Source: Alphaproteobacteria bacterium (lineage in GTDB: Bacteria > Patescibacteriota > Minisyncoccia > Phycocordibacterales > JABAAK01). From it: DNA of 58,020 nt. The position numbers and the translations under genes are program-made. The first letter of the stretch is position 1. Every line of letters starts with the position of its first letter. The notes under the pieces are model-generated. The model had not been told where the DNA came from. It saw only the letters and a list, made by a program, of their open reading frames with translations, and searched no databases. This document shows, one piece after another, positions 46,490-54,461 of the stretch. The stretch lies in NCBI GenBank assembly GCA_030054135.1, contig JASGCN010000003.1:27758-85777 (forward strand), read 5' to 3'.

Positions 46490-48814
46490 TTATAATACTG
46501 AAGAGTAAGGGAGTGCTTTTATATAATTTCTAATAAATACCCAATCAACTTCACCATCTTTTGTAGGAAGTTTAATGCTTCTTTCTTTTAATCTTGTCTG
46601 ACTTGCCTTTCTTCCATAATTATATCGGTACTGTTCTTTATTTATGACTGTCGTTATAAATAAAGCTATATATTTATCCATTTCAAATTTTGGTATAAGT
46701 TTCTCAACGTGGTCACTAGCTGAAAAATCAAAAGGCTGAAAAGAACAGTAACCTATGACCGCACTGTCTATTGCCAATACATTACCTTCTTCTGTTTTGT
46801 AGTCATAAAAACCCTCAATACCATTATTTGTTGCTTGAGTTGTAACAAAAGGATATTCTCCAACTCCACACTCCTCCAATTCTAGTAGAGGTGTTGTTTT
46901 ACTACCAGTTATCTCAAATAATTCTGATAGCGGGTAGCTTTTCCATTTATTTATATCTAGAATAATTTCACTCTTTATTTCTGGATTATAAATTACATCT
47001 TTTATTTTATTGCTTGATAAAAGGAAAGACATATAAGTTACTATACTTTTGTTAAAATCCTCAACTCTAATTTTAGAGTAGTCAGTTTCCATATAAGCCT
47101 CAGCACACCATTCATCAGACGAGGTCACCGTTCTGGTTACACTAAAACCAGCTTTTTCCTCTCTGTTCATATAAGAGTTTATCCATTCATCTTTTATTTC
47201 TTTTTCAAATTTTGAATGTAAGTCAACTCTTCCTTTAGTCTTTCTCTTTACAAAACCGTCATTTTTATAATAACCGAAGTAAACCTTTTTATTTTTTGGG
47301 TGAGGTCTTTTTGCTGTAAAAACCATAATACAAGAAACAACACCAACCTTAGAATTAAAGAACAATTCGTCTGGCATAGAGAAAACAGCTTCGAGAGTAT
47401 GATTTTCTAGAACTTTAGTTTTGAACTCTAAAACTTTCCCAGTTTGAGCTAAAGCTGATTGCATAGGGATAATTGCAACACATTTGCCCCCTTGTTCTAA
47501 ACAATCCAAATTATTTATAATAAATTCATATTCATCAACATCATTTTTCTTGTCTGATTTATATGGCGGATTTAGAAGTCCTACATTCGGCTTGTAACTC
47601 TTTACTTCTTCAAGAATTTCTTCATCAAAACAACTTCCATTAAGTATATTACTTTTACCATCTTGATGTATGAACATATTTGAACAAGCGAGAGCAAATA
47701 TATGAGCCTGATACTCAATACCGATAAGTTGATTTTTCTTTATGCTTTTTATTATTTCTTGGTCACCCTTAGCGTCTTTTATCATTAAGTTCATCGCACT
47801 AACAAGAAATCCGCCAGTACCAGTACAATTGTCGTACACAACACTATTTTTATTTACTTCAGCTAACTCAGACATAAATTCAGTAATATGCGGTGGTGTT
47901 AATACTATACCTAATCCCTTATCACTGTTTGCATATCTTAAAAATTCTATATATAGTTGAGCTAACACATCAAAATATTCGTGTGTTTTTATGAAATCTT
48001 TTATATTTTCATTTATATCAGTAATAATATCCCTTAACACACTGTCTTTTTTAGATAAGGAAGTATCTGTTTTTATAAATTCAAAGCGACTAGTTAAAAT
48101 TATCAGTTTATTTTCTCCAATATTTCCATTCTGAAACTCATTTTTAACAGTTGTTACTAAATAATCAGCAAGTTGTTTTGGGTCAGGATAATCTTTATAA
48201 GACCTTGAGAAAGTTTTGTTCTCCAACGCAATTAGAATACAGCTTATGAGTAAACCTCTGTCACTCTCAACAATCTTATGTTTATGAAGTTTATCATTTA
48301 AGTCTTTTGAAAAATCAAGCAGTTTTTCATAATCTTGTCTAAATTTTTCAGGACTTTTTATGTAACCATTAAGGTATTCTTCAGGCGATAGTAGTTTATT
48401 TGAAAAAATTGACACCGCTTTTTTATCACCCTTAATTTGTAAGTGATGTGATATTTTTTTATTTTCCTCATTCTCACCACTCACAGCGATAGAAAGTACA
48501 TCAAATTCTTTCGCTAAATATGAACTATATAGCAAAGCTCCATCAACCGAGAAATCTTTATATTTATCCCTATTTTCACTTTCGTGTTTTGTTATATCAG
48601 CCTTGCATTCTACAACTATTATGAAGTCTGGATTATTTTTGTATTGAATTATGAATTCTGGGTAACCGCCACCATTACCACTTTTTGAAGCAGTTGCAAG
48701 AAGTTTTTTTATTTTTGGATTATCAGAAGACTGTTCTTCAACAATAATGTCTTGAAGAAAATTGTCAAAATGTCTACGAACTATATTTTCTGTTTTTCTT
48801 TCGTTTAATGACAT
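46490..48814 (-). CDS. Fused restriction-modification-like protein: N-terminal PD-(D/E)XK-like domain, gamma-class N6-adenine DNA methyltransferase, single HsdS-like target-recognition domain
   Basis: 774 aa. N-terminus ...GYPEFIIQYKNNPDFIIVVECKAD (D...ExK); motif I VYDNCTGTGGFL; motif IV LLNPPYK. The C-terminal ~190 aa begin WKSYPLSELFEITGS and end RLKERSIKLP, as in HsdS TRDs. No hsdR in the window. Confidence 0.75.
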   Translation of the reverse strand: MSLNERKTENIVRRHFDNFLQDIIVEEQSSDNPKIKKLLATASKSGNGGGYPEFIIQYKNNPDFIIVVECKADITKHESENRDKYKDFSVDGALLYSSYLAKEFDVLSIAVSGENEENKKISHHLQIKGDKKAVSIFSNKLLSPEEYLNGYIKSPEKFRQDYEKLLDFSKDLNDKLHKHKIVESDRGLLISCILIALENKTFSRSYKDYPDPKQLADYLVTTVKNEFQNGNIGENKLIILTSRFEFIKTDTSLSKKDSVLRDIITDINENIKDFIKTHEYFDVLAQLYIEFLRYANSDKGLGIVLTPPHITEFMSELAEVNKNSVVYDNCTGTGGFLVSAMNLMIKDAKGDQEIIKSIKKNQLIGIEYQAHIFALACSNMFIHQDGKSNILNGSCFDEEILEEVKSYKPNVGLLNPPYKSDKKNDVDEYEFIINNLDCLEQGGKCVAIIPMQSALAQTGKVLEFKTKVLENHTLEAVFSMPDELFFNSKVGVVSCIMVFTAKRPHPKNKKVYFGYYKNDGFVKRKTKGRVDLHSKFEKEIKDEWINSYMNREEKAGFSVTRTVTSSDEWCAEAYMETDYSKIRVEDFNKSIVTYMSFLLSSNKIKDVIYNPEIKSEIILDINKWKSYPLSELFEITGSKTTPLLELEECGVGEYPFVTTQATNNGIEGFYDYKTEEGNVLAIDSAVIGYCSFQPFDFSASDHVEKLIPKFEMDKYIALFITTVINKEQYRYNYGRKASQTRLKERSIKLPTKDGEVDWVFIRNYIKALPYSSVL

Positions 48815-48818
48815 ATGA

Positions 48819-49004
48819 TTATTTCGTTATAACTTTTTTAAGAAAAGCGTTAAACTCGTCTTTGTCTATCCTGAACTCTTTACCGATTTTATAAGCCTTG
48901 AGACGACTTGCTTTTATGTAGCGGTAGATGGTCATAATGTTGACCTCTAATTTTTCAGCAAGTTCTTCAGTTTTGTAAAACTCTTTTGTATTTTTTTCTT
49001 TCAT
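48819..49004 (-). CDS. Excisionase/MerR-superfamily HTH DNA-binding protein (HTH_17-like)
   Basis: 61-aa ORF FYKTEELAEKLEVNIMTIYRYIKASRLKAYKIGKEFRIDKDEFNAFL matches the excisionase-family HTH pattern; 4 nt upstream of the RM ORF. Confidence 0.8.
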   Translation of the reverse strand: MKEKNTKEFYKTEELAEKLEVNIMTIYRYIKASRLKAYKIGKEFRIDKDEFNAFLKKVITK

Positions 49005-49019
49005 AATAAGATTATTTAT

Positions 49020-49067
49020 CTAAGTCTTACTTAGTTATATTATACTTTACACCACTTTATATAACAA
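49020..49067 (-). promoter_or_regulatory. Sigma-70-type promoter (TTGTTA-17 nt-TATAAT) plus palindrome CTAAGTCTTACTTAG upstream of the HTH gene
   Basis: Minus strand: -35 TTGTTA (49067-49062), 17-nt spacer, -10 TATAAT (49044-49039). The perfect 6+3+6 palindrome at 49034-49020 covers the expected start site. ATG at 49004. Confidence 0.45.
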
Positions 49068-49145
49068 TTTTCAATCAGTAAAAATCTTTTTATACTTAAT
49101 ATAATACAAATGATAAAGATACATCATGGTTTTTTAGCGATGAAA

Positions 49146-49222
49146 TGGTGGACCCTGCCGGAATTGAACCGGCGACCTCCAGAGTGCAAAACTGGCGCTC
49201 TAGCCAACTGAGCTAAGGGCCC
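49146..49222 (-). tRNA. tRNA-Ala (anticodon UGC), CCA encoded
   Basis: Reverse complement: acceptor GGGCCCT/AGGGTCC with the G3:U70 Ala identity pair, GCTC-AGTTGGCTA-GAGC, anticodon loop TTTGCAC, T-arm GCCGG-TTCAATT-CCGGC, A73, CCA. Confidence 0.92.
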
Positions 49223-49427
49223 GAATTTTTTGGCTTTGTAATAATTAAACACATTACTTGTGTGATGACCAGTGAGCGCCAGTTTTGAAAACTGTCGTCA
49301 TTAGATACCGCTTACGCTTGGCCAACAGAAGCTAAGGGCCCGAATTTTTTGGCTTTGTAATAATTAAACACATTACTTGTGTGATGACCAGTGACGCCAG
49401 TTTTGAAAACTGTCGTCATTAGATACC
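49211..49427. repeat. Two-copy tandem direct repeat, period 119 bp (copies 49211-49309 and 49330-49427)
   Basis: The 99-nt and 98-nt copies are identical apart from one deleted G (agtgaGcgcc vs agtgacgcc). Each copy starts with the first 12 nt of tRNA-Ala (plus-strand agctaagggccc) and continues with ~87 nt of its upstream region. Confidence 0.95.
49315..49341 (-). pseudogene. Degenerate 5' fragment (acceptor strand + D-arm) of a second tRNA-Ala copy
   Basis: Reverse complement GGGCCCTTAGCTTCTGTTGGCCAAGCG versus the genuine GGGCCCTTAGCTCAGTTGGCTAGAGCG. Similarity ends at the D-stem/anticodon-stem junction; no anticodon or T-arm follows. Confidence 0.5.
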
Positions 49428-49535
49428 ACGATTGACTGAATGCACTTTTACTTTTTACCGTATTGTTGCACCCAACAATATCACTATATCATACCAATTG
49501 CTCATATACAAATAGACAATGTATACTTATAGTAA

Positions 49536-50927
49536 ATGAAATTCGTATATCTATCCATCGTTCGTGTTTTGTCAATTATTCTCACCATCGTTGTACTTAT
49601 ATATCTTGTCTATTCATTGTATACATACAAAAAAAATAACATTTCAAACCAATACAGCCAAACAAAAAATGCCCTTTTAAACGAAGTGCAAGAATTAGAA
49701 AATACCATTCTTCAAAAAAGAAACTCTTTTTATTGGGATGCGTTTGCTTCTAGTAACACACCACAAACCAAAACAAAAAAAGAAATTGCTCTCGCCAAAG
49801 AAAAATTCAAAAACATTCTTCTCGCCCCCCAATTTAATCAAACTGATTCATATATTGTAGATAGATCATCATTACAAGTGATATATCACATCAAAAAAAA
49901 TGAGCTCCAAGAATCCACCACTCTCCCCCTTGAACTTTCAGAATTATTAAAAACAAATCTCACGCGTGATTTATTTTTTCATTTTGATCCTACTACAAAA
50001 TCTATTATTCAAGAAGAAGAGATCCCAGACGCAATATCACATGAACCACTTCTTGCAACATATATACTACTTCATGTCATTCCATTTGATGAAACATTTA
50101 CAAAATCGTTTACTGAGAAAAATATTTCAATAGTATTTAAAGACCCCTCACTTCAATTGGATCCATGTACCAGCACTACTCAAGTGGCAGAAAATAAATT
50201 CACATTTACAACTACACTATTAGGTACTGACATATGCATACAGGCTCCATTTGAAAAACAAAATAACATCGCCTCCTATATTGCCTTTTTTGTGCTACTC
50301 ACAGTGTTTGGAATAATTATTTTTTTGATACAGTATCTTTTACACTATCTATACAAAAAAAGTATGTCTTCTGAGCCAGCACACAATACCACAGAAACAC
50401 CTACCATCCCTCCACGAGTCCACACGAACACAATATTTAGTTCAGGTACTCCGCCCTCTACAAAAGAAAAAGTAACTGCTGAATGGTTTGAAAAAACAAT
50501 CCAAGAAGAAATATCTCGTGCTGTACAAGAGCGCGCCCTCCCCACTGGAATTGAATTACACACAGAACCAATAGAACAAACTCCTTACAAAAAAGAATGG
50601 TATGGCAATGAGCTACTACTGCGATCAGTTATTGAAAAAACAATTTCTCTTGTAGCACAACATCATTATCAAAAAAATAGCCTATCTCTGCATATTATAT
50701 TTACTGGGAATAGGGTAGATATTACTCTTACGCACGGTGGGAAAAGCATCAGCCACGATGTCATGCTTGCCCTTAAGCACCCTATTCAATATGTATCATT
50801 GCGAAACACTGCACACGAAACGCTCGTGTTTATTCGTCACATGGTTACACATTTAGGTGGAACATTTTCTCTGCACAGTTCAGAAAAAAATGGAAATGCT
50901 TACATTTTTAGTTTCCCACTTGCGTAA
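49536..50927 (+). CDS. Sensor-kinase-like membrane protein with a degenerate HATPase_c domain and no H-box (pseudokinase-like)
   Basis: 463 aa: TM, ~220-aa extracytoplasmic domain, TM, P/T-rich linker. The C-terminus LVFIRHMVTHLGGTFSLHSSEKNGNAYIFSFPL resembles the G2/lid end of HATPase_c. N-box Asn, DxGxG and the HExxxP phosphoacceptor are all absent. Confidence 0.65.
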   Translation: MKFVYLSIVRVLSIILTIVVLIYLVYSLYTYKKNNISNQYSQTKNALLNEVQELENTILQKRNSFYWDAFASSNTPQTKTKKEIALAKEKFKNILLAPQFNQTDSYIVDRSSLQVIYHIKKNELQESTTLPLELSELLKTNLTRDLFFHFDPTTKSIIQEEEIPDAISHEPLLATYILLHVIPFDETFTKSFTEKNISIVFKDPSLQLDPCTSTTQVAENKFTFTTTLLGTDICIQAPFEKQNNIASYIAFFVLLTVFGIIIFLIQYLLHYLYKKSMSSEPAHNTTETPTIPPRVHTNTIFSSGTPPSTKEKVTAEWFEKTIQEEISRAVQERALPTGIELHTEPIEQTPYKKEWYGNELLLRSVIEKTISLVAQHHYQKNSLSLHIIFTGNRVDITLTHGGKSISHDVMLALKHPIQYVSLRNTAHETLVFIRHMVTHLGGTFSLHSSEKNGNAYIFSFPLA

Positions 50928-51547
50928 TACCTTTTATATAAAAACATTGCACATATCAGTATCACCCAACTACACACAACTACTGCCATATACGGGAATG
51001 TAATATGTGCATATGAAAAAATACTTCTATCAGTACATTGTGGACCAGTTGCAGAACATGGAAGTGAGCTTTCTCCAACCAGTTGAATGTAGTGATGATA
51101 CGCGGCAATTGATCCTGCAAAAACAGATACGACCAACGCGTACCATTCAACACGAATTTGTGTATACATTGCAAGCAATGACAAAGGAGCTAGTGGATAC
51201 ATCCCTATCCGTTGTAACACACACAATACACACGGTAATACCCCATACGCTACAGAATACAAAAGAGAAGTCGTGATAGAAGAAGCTGATAAAAAGAAAA
51301 TGAAGTACCACCCATACTTCTCTACTACATTAAATAGCACCTTTCGTACTGAAGAGATACAGAGAGATATTACACATACCACGAAGGCAATTTCAAGTAA
51401 TAAAGTCCCTGTCGTTGTCCCCCACACCAACCATTCATATTTTTGAACACTTATATTGAGTGCAAAAAACAAAACAAGGAGCACTTGAAGTGCTGCTACG
51501 AACCCGACTATGTATATACTTTGTGCCTTAAAAACATTTTTATTCAT
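50900..51547 (-). CDS. DsbB/BdbC-like disulfide bond formation protein with an extra N-terminal 2-TM extension
   Basis: LPCVLCVLQRIGMYPL matches the BdbC-type CxxC-xxQRI-xMYP signature, and a second Cys pair (LPCSATGPQC) is present. The ATG at 51547 is preferred over 51610 because TACATT lies 6 nt upstream. The 3' end overlaps the convergent 49536 gene by 28 nt. Confidence 0.7.
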   Translation of the reverse strand: MNKNVFKAQSIYIVGFVAALQVLLVLFFALNISVQKYEWLVWGTTTGTLLLEIAFVVCVISLCISSVRKVLFNVVEKYGWYFIFFLSASSITTSLLYSVAYGVLPCVLCVLQRIGMYPLAPLSLLAMYTQIRVEWYALVVSVFAGSIAAYHHYIQLVGESSLPCSATGPQCTDRSIFSYAHITFPYMAVVVCSWVILICAMFLYKRYYASGKLKM

Positions 51548-51623
51548 AAAAATAATGTACACATAGTATAAGTTAAATATTGCACATTTACAATTAAACA
51601 TCATAAGCATACAATAGAAACAT

Positions 51624-53159
51624 ATGCAATGGTACCCTCGTTTTGTTCTTTCTTTTTCAATGATGTGTATTGTATTGGTGGTGGTAGTAAGTTACTTTGC
51701 TCTGTTTTCGTACCAACAATATCACACCAAACAAGACATACAAGAAAAAGAAAATGCTCACACTGCTCTTTTGAAGCAAACCTTTTCTTCATTTTTAGAT
51801 ACTATTGCCATGCCTCCAACAAACCCTGTGTGGAACTCAATACTTGTAACACAAAAAAGATTTCAACGCCCTGTCTTTTCTATACCAAACACTGAAAAAA
51901 ATCAACTCTCACTCCAGAAAACCAACATACACACAAGTTATCTCATAGATACTGCGAGTAACACCATACACGCAGAGGTTAAACACCAAAACAAAGAAAC
52001 AATAAACTATACCCAACCAATCCCATTTGAATATATTGTAAAAAATAAACGAGGGCTATCCCCGACAGATATTCTCCCACAGCGTGTTGAGGATATTCTG
52101 AAAGTGAAATATACACTTCTTATAGACAATGGAGGCGACACGCTTCTGTATACAGTTGAAAAAACTCCTGTTGAAAAATCTCTTATTGCCAAAACATTTG
52201 CTGATCTTGTGTTAGTACATGAAACAAATATACAAAAAATAACAGACATGTTCCTGAACGAACAACATGATACCACAGGAGCATGGAGTCTTTCACACAA
52301 CTGCAATAGAGTAGAAAAAGAAAAAGTGAGTGATATTTTTTGTTTACAATCTCAACAAGATATTACAACCACAGCTGCAAAAACACTTGCTACTCGCAGA
52401 CAATTTTTTGTTTCAATATCTGCAACTGCAATAGTACTTCTGCTATTGATATGTGCATATATTATTTTTGCATTTAGCAAAAATACAAAAAAACTCAATA
52501 CACAAGTTGAAGCTCTTGTGGCGTACGCACAAAAAACATCCGCTGGAAACACAAAAGAGCAATTCCCCACCATTCCAGTTCAATCTCCTTTGAAGATACT
52601 TTTTAGCTCATTTGAAACCATTACAAATACAATCAAACCAAAATCAATGAAGACAGCCAATAGAAAAACTATTGCAGCATTTCGTCCAACAAATATCATA
52701 GAACTTATTAAAGATATAAAAGCCACTCTTTCGCCTTTGTTACATAAAAAAGATATCAGTCTCAATATTCCTAAAGATAAAAAATCAATACTATTAAGTA
52801 CAGAACGCATGACTCTTAGTAATATTATTATCGAGCTTATTAGTAACGCATACAAACACACAAATAATCGTGGAACAATTCTAATGACTCTTAACACAGA
52901 TACACGCAACATCATACTATCCATACGCGACACAGGAAAAGGTATCCCTGCACATAGTGTGTATGCTCTGAACGCATTTTTTGAAAAAAAAGAAGCGGCT
53001 CTTGGTAAGGTTGATATTAGTACAGGGTTGTATACCATTAAACAATCCCTATCAAAAATACATGCGACTCTTTCCTTTGAAAGTGTAGTTGGCATTGGTA
53101 CCACCGCAAAACTAACCATCCCTTACCACCCAGACATCAAAAAAGATACTGAGAACTAG
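51624..53159 (+). CDS. Sensor-kinase-like membrane protein with an apparently intact HATPase_c domain but no DHp/H-box
   Basis: 511 aa: TM, ~250-aa extracytoplasmic domain, TM. N-box ELISNAYKH, G1 RDTGKGIP, G2-like STGLYTIK. No His-containing HExxxP helix between TM2 and the N-box. The ectodomain is paralogous to the 49536 protein (SYIVDRSSLQVIYHIKKNE vs SYLIDTASNTIHAEVKHQNKE). Confidence 0.7.
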   Translation: MQWYPRFVLSFSMMCIVLVVVVSYFALFSYQQYHTKQDIQEKENAHTALLKQTFSSFLDTIAMPPTNPVWNSILVTQKRFQRPVFSIPNTEKNQLSLQKTNIHTSYLIDTASNTIHAEVKHQNKETINYTQPIPFEYIVKNKRGLSPTDILPQRVEDILKVKYTLLIDNGGDTLLYTVEKTPVEKSLIAKTFADLVLVHETNIQKITDMFLNEQHDTTGAWSLSHNCNRVEKEKVSDIFCLQSQQDITTTAAKTLATRRQFFVSISATAIVLLLLICAYIIFAFSKNTKKLNTQVEALVAYAQKTSAGNTKEQFPTIPVQSPLKILFSSFETITNTIKPKSMKTANRKTIAAFRPTNIIELIKDIKATLSPLLHKKDISLNIPKDKKSILLSTERMTLSNIIIELISNAYKHTNNRGTILMTLNTDTRNIILSIRDTGKGIPAHSVYALNAFFEKKEAALGKVDISTGLYTIKQSLSKIHATLSFESVVGIGTTAKLTIPYHPDIKKDTEN

Positions 53160-54391
53160 TGCAGTACTTCTTTCAACAGCGCAGTGGCGCGTATGAGCGC
53201 AAATGTGTTTTTTCCTTTACGCAATAAAAACATTTTTTTATCCTGGGTGGAAGAAAGCACAAGTCCTCCTTGTTTGTACAGAGTATGCCCTTCATTTTTA
53301 CTTTTCACCATGTGCAACGCAACAGCACAATCAACGACGGTTTCTTTTTTTGAAGCTATATGAATGGGTACTTCTTTTGAAAGCATAGTAAGTTCTTTTG
53401 TTTTGAGAAGAGATTTATTTTGTTTATTAAAAAGAATATCTGTAATACGTATGACAGATGCTGTTTTTTCTTTTCCATGCACAACTTCAGTAACCAATCG
53501 AGCAAGAGTTTTTTGAGATTCTCTTTTTTCGGGGTGAGCATTTTTTTCTTGTTCTAGTGTTTCAATTTTTTCACGAGAAAGAAATGTAAATATTTTTAAA
53601 TATTGTATTACCACTTCATCTGGTGTATTGAGCCAAAATTGATAAAACGCGTACACACTTGTTTTTTTTTCATCCAACCATACTGTACCCGATTCAGTTT
53701 TACCAAACTTTACTCCTGTTGTTGGATTAACCACCAATGGAAATGAAAGGATGTGTGCTTCTTGTGCGTCAAGGCGACGGAGTAAATCAACACCTGCGAT
53801 TGAATTACCCCACTGATCAGACCCGCATATTTGTAATGTTACTTTTTTTGTTCTATTAAGATGTACAAAATCATACCCCTGCATAAGTGAATAACTGAAC
53901 TCTGCATAACTAATACCTGCTTCTGCATCATCAAGACGGGTTTTTATAAATTCACGAGCAAGCATTTTACTCATAGGCACATGTTTACCTACATCACGCA
54001 AAAATGAAAGGAACGGTATGTTTTTAAACCAAGAATAATTGTCAACTACAGTAATTGAACTATTGAACAATTTTTTATATTGACTAGTAATATTTTTAAC
54101 ATTACTAAGAATTACTTTTTCAGACAATAAATTCCGTTCTTGTTTTTTTCCGTCTGGATCCCCAATACGACCAGTTGCTCCTCCAACAAGAAGTACTGCT
54201 TTATGTCCTCCTTCTATAAGACGCTTGGCAAATAAAGCCCCCGCCAGATGCCCTACCGTGAGAGAATCTCCTGATGGATCAACACCCCAATAAAAAACAA
54301 TTCCTTTTTTATTGATATCCTCTATGTGTTTATATGTGGTTTGATGTATTAATCCACGCCATGTTAAATCTTCTACCAATGTAGGTTTCAT
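53156..54391 (-). CDS. tyrS: Tyrosine--tRNA ligase
   Basis: HIGH-type GVDPSGDSLTVGHL, KMSKS-type KFGKTESG, C-terminal S4-like domain. Confidence 0.92.
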   Translation of the reverse strand: MKPTLVEDLTWRGLIHQTTYKHIEDINKKGIVFYWGVDPSGDSLTVGHLAGALFAKRLIEGGHKAVLLVGGATGRIGDPDGKKQERNLLSEKVILSNVKNITSQYKKLFNSSITVVDNYSWFKNIPFLSFLRDVGKHVPMSKMLAREFIKTRLDDAEAGISYAEFSYSLMQGYDFVHLNRTKKVTLQICGSDQWGNSIAGVDLLRRLDAQEAHILSFPLVVNPTTGVKFGKTESGTVWLDEKKTSVYAFYQFWLNTPDEVVIQYLKIFTFLSREKIETLEQEKNAHPEKRESQKTLARLVTEVVHGKEKTASVIRITDILFNKQNKSLLKTKELTMLSKEVPIHIASKKETVVDCAVALHMVKSKNEGHTLYKQGGLVLSSTQDKKMFLLRKGKNTFALIRATALLKEVLH

Positions 54392-54397
54392 AAAAAT

Positions 54398-54406
54398 ATG
54401 ATACCA
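54398..54406 (-). promoter_or_regulatory. Putative extended -10 element (TGgTATCAT) for tyrS
   Basis: Reverse complement of 54398-54406 reads TGGTATCAT; 6 nt to the ATG at 54391; no SD and no room for a T-box leader. Confidence 0.45.
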
Positions 54407-54461
54407 TGATTTTTTTTATTAATACACATAATGAAAATAAGATATATACTAGAGATATCGT

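Larger units (their letters stand above)
46347..49145. mobile_element. Possible decayed genomic islet (HTH + fused RM gene) abutting the 3' end of tRNA-Ala
   Basis: Two co-directional non-housekeeping genes lie just downstream of the tRNA-Ala 3' end and interrupt a run of sensor-kinase genes. The promoter has a ~28-nt leader, unlike the surrounding genes. Imperfect direct repeat TTTT(A)TATACTTAAT at 46401-46415 and 49087-49100. No integrase or transposase is present. Confidence 0.35.

Noticed and set aside
49211-49427. Direct repeats that might be a CRISPR array
   Set aside because: There are only two copies. The units are ~99 nt separated by 20 nt rather than 25-40-nt repeats with unique spacers. 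They contain tRNA-derived sequence, and no cas genes are present.
53156-53159. Shared palindromic CTAG providing the stop codons of two convergent genes (51624 gene and tyrS). Similar overlaps occur at 55310-55313 (4 nt) and 50900-50927 (28 nt).
   Set aside because: Real, but a trivial consequence of genome compaction. No additional structure or conserved motif at the junctions.
54392-54461. T-box or other leader riboswitches upstream of tyrS, valS, argS and alaS
   Set aside because: The upstream spacers are only 70, 44, 25 and 41 nt. That is far too short for a T-box, and a -10-like element sits 6 nt from each ATG.
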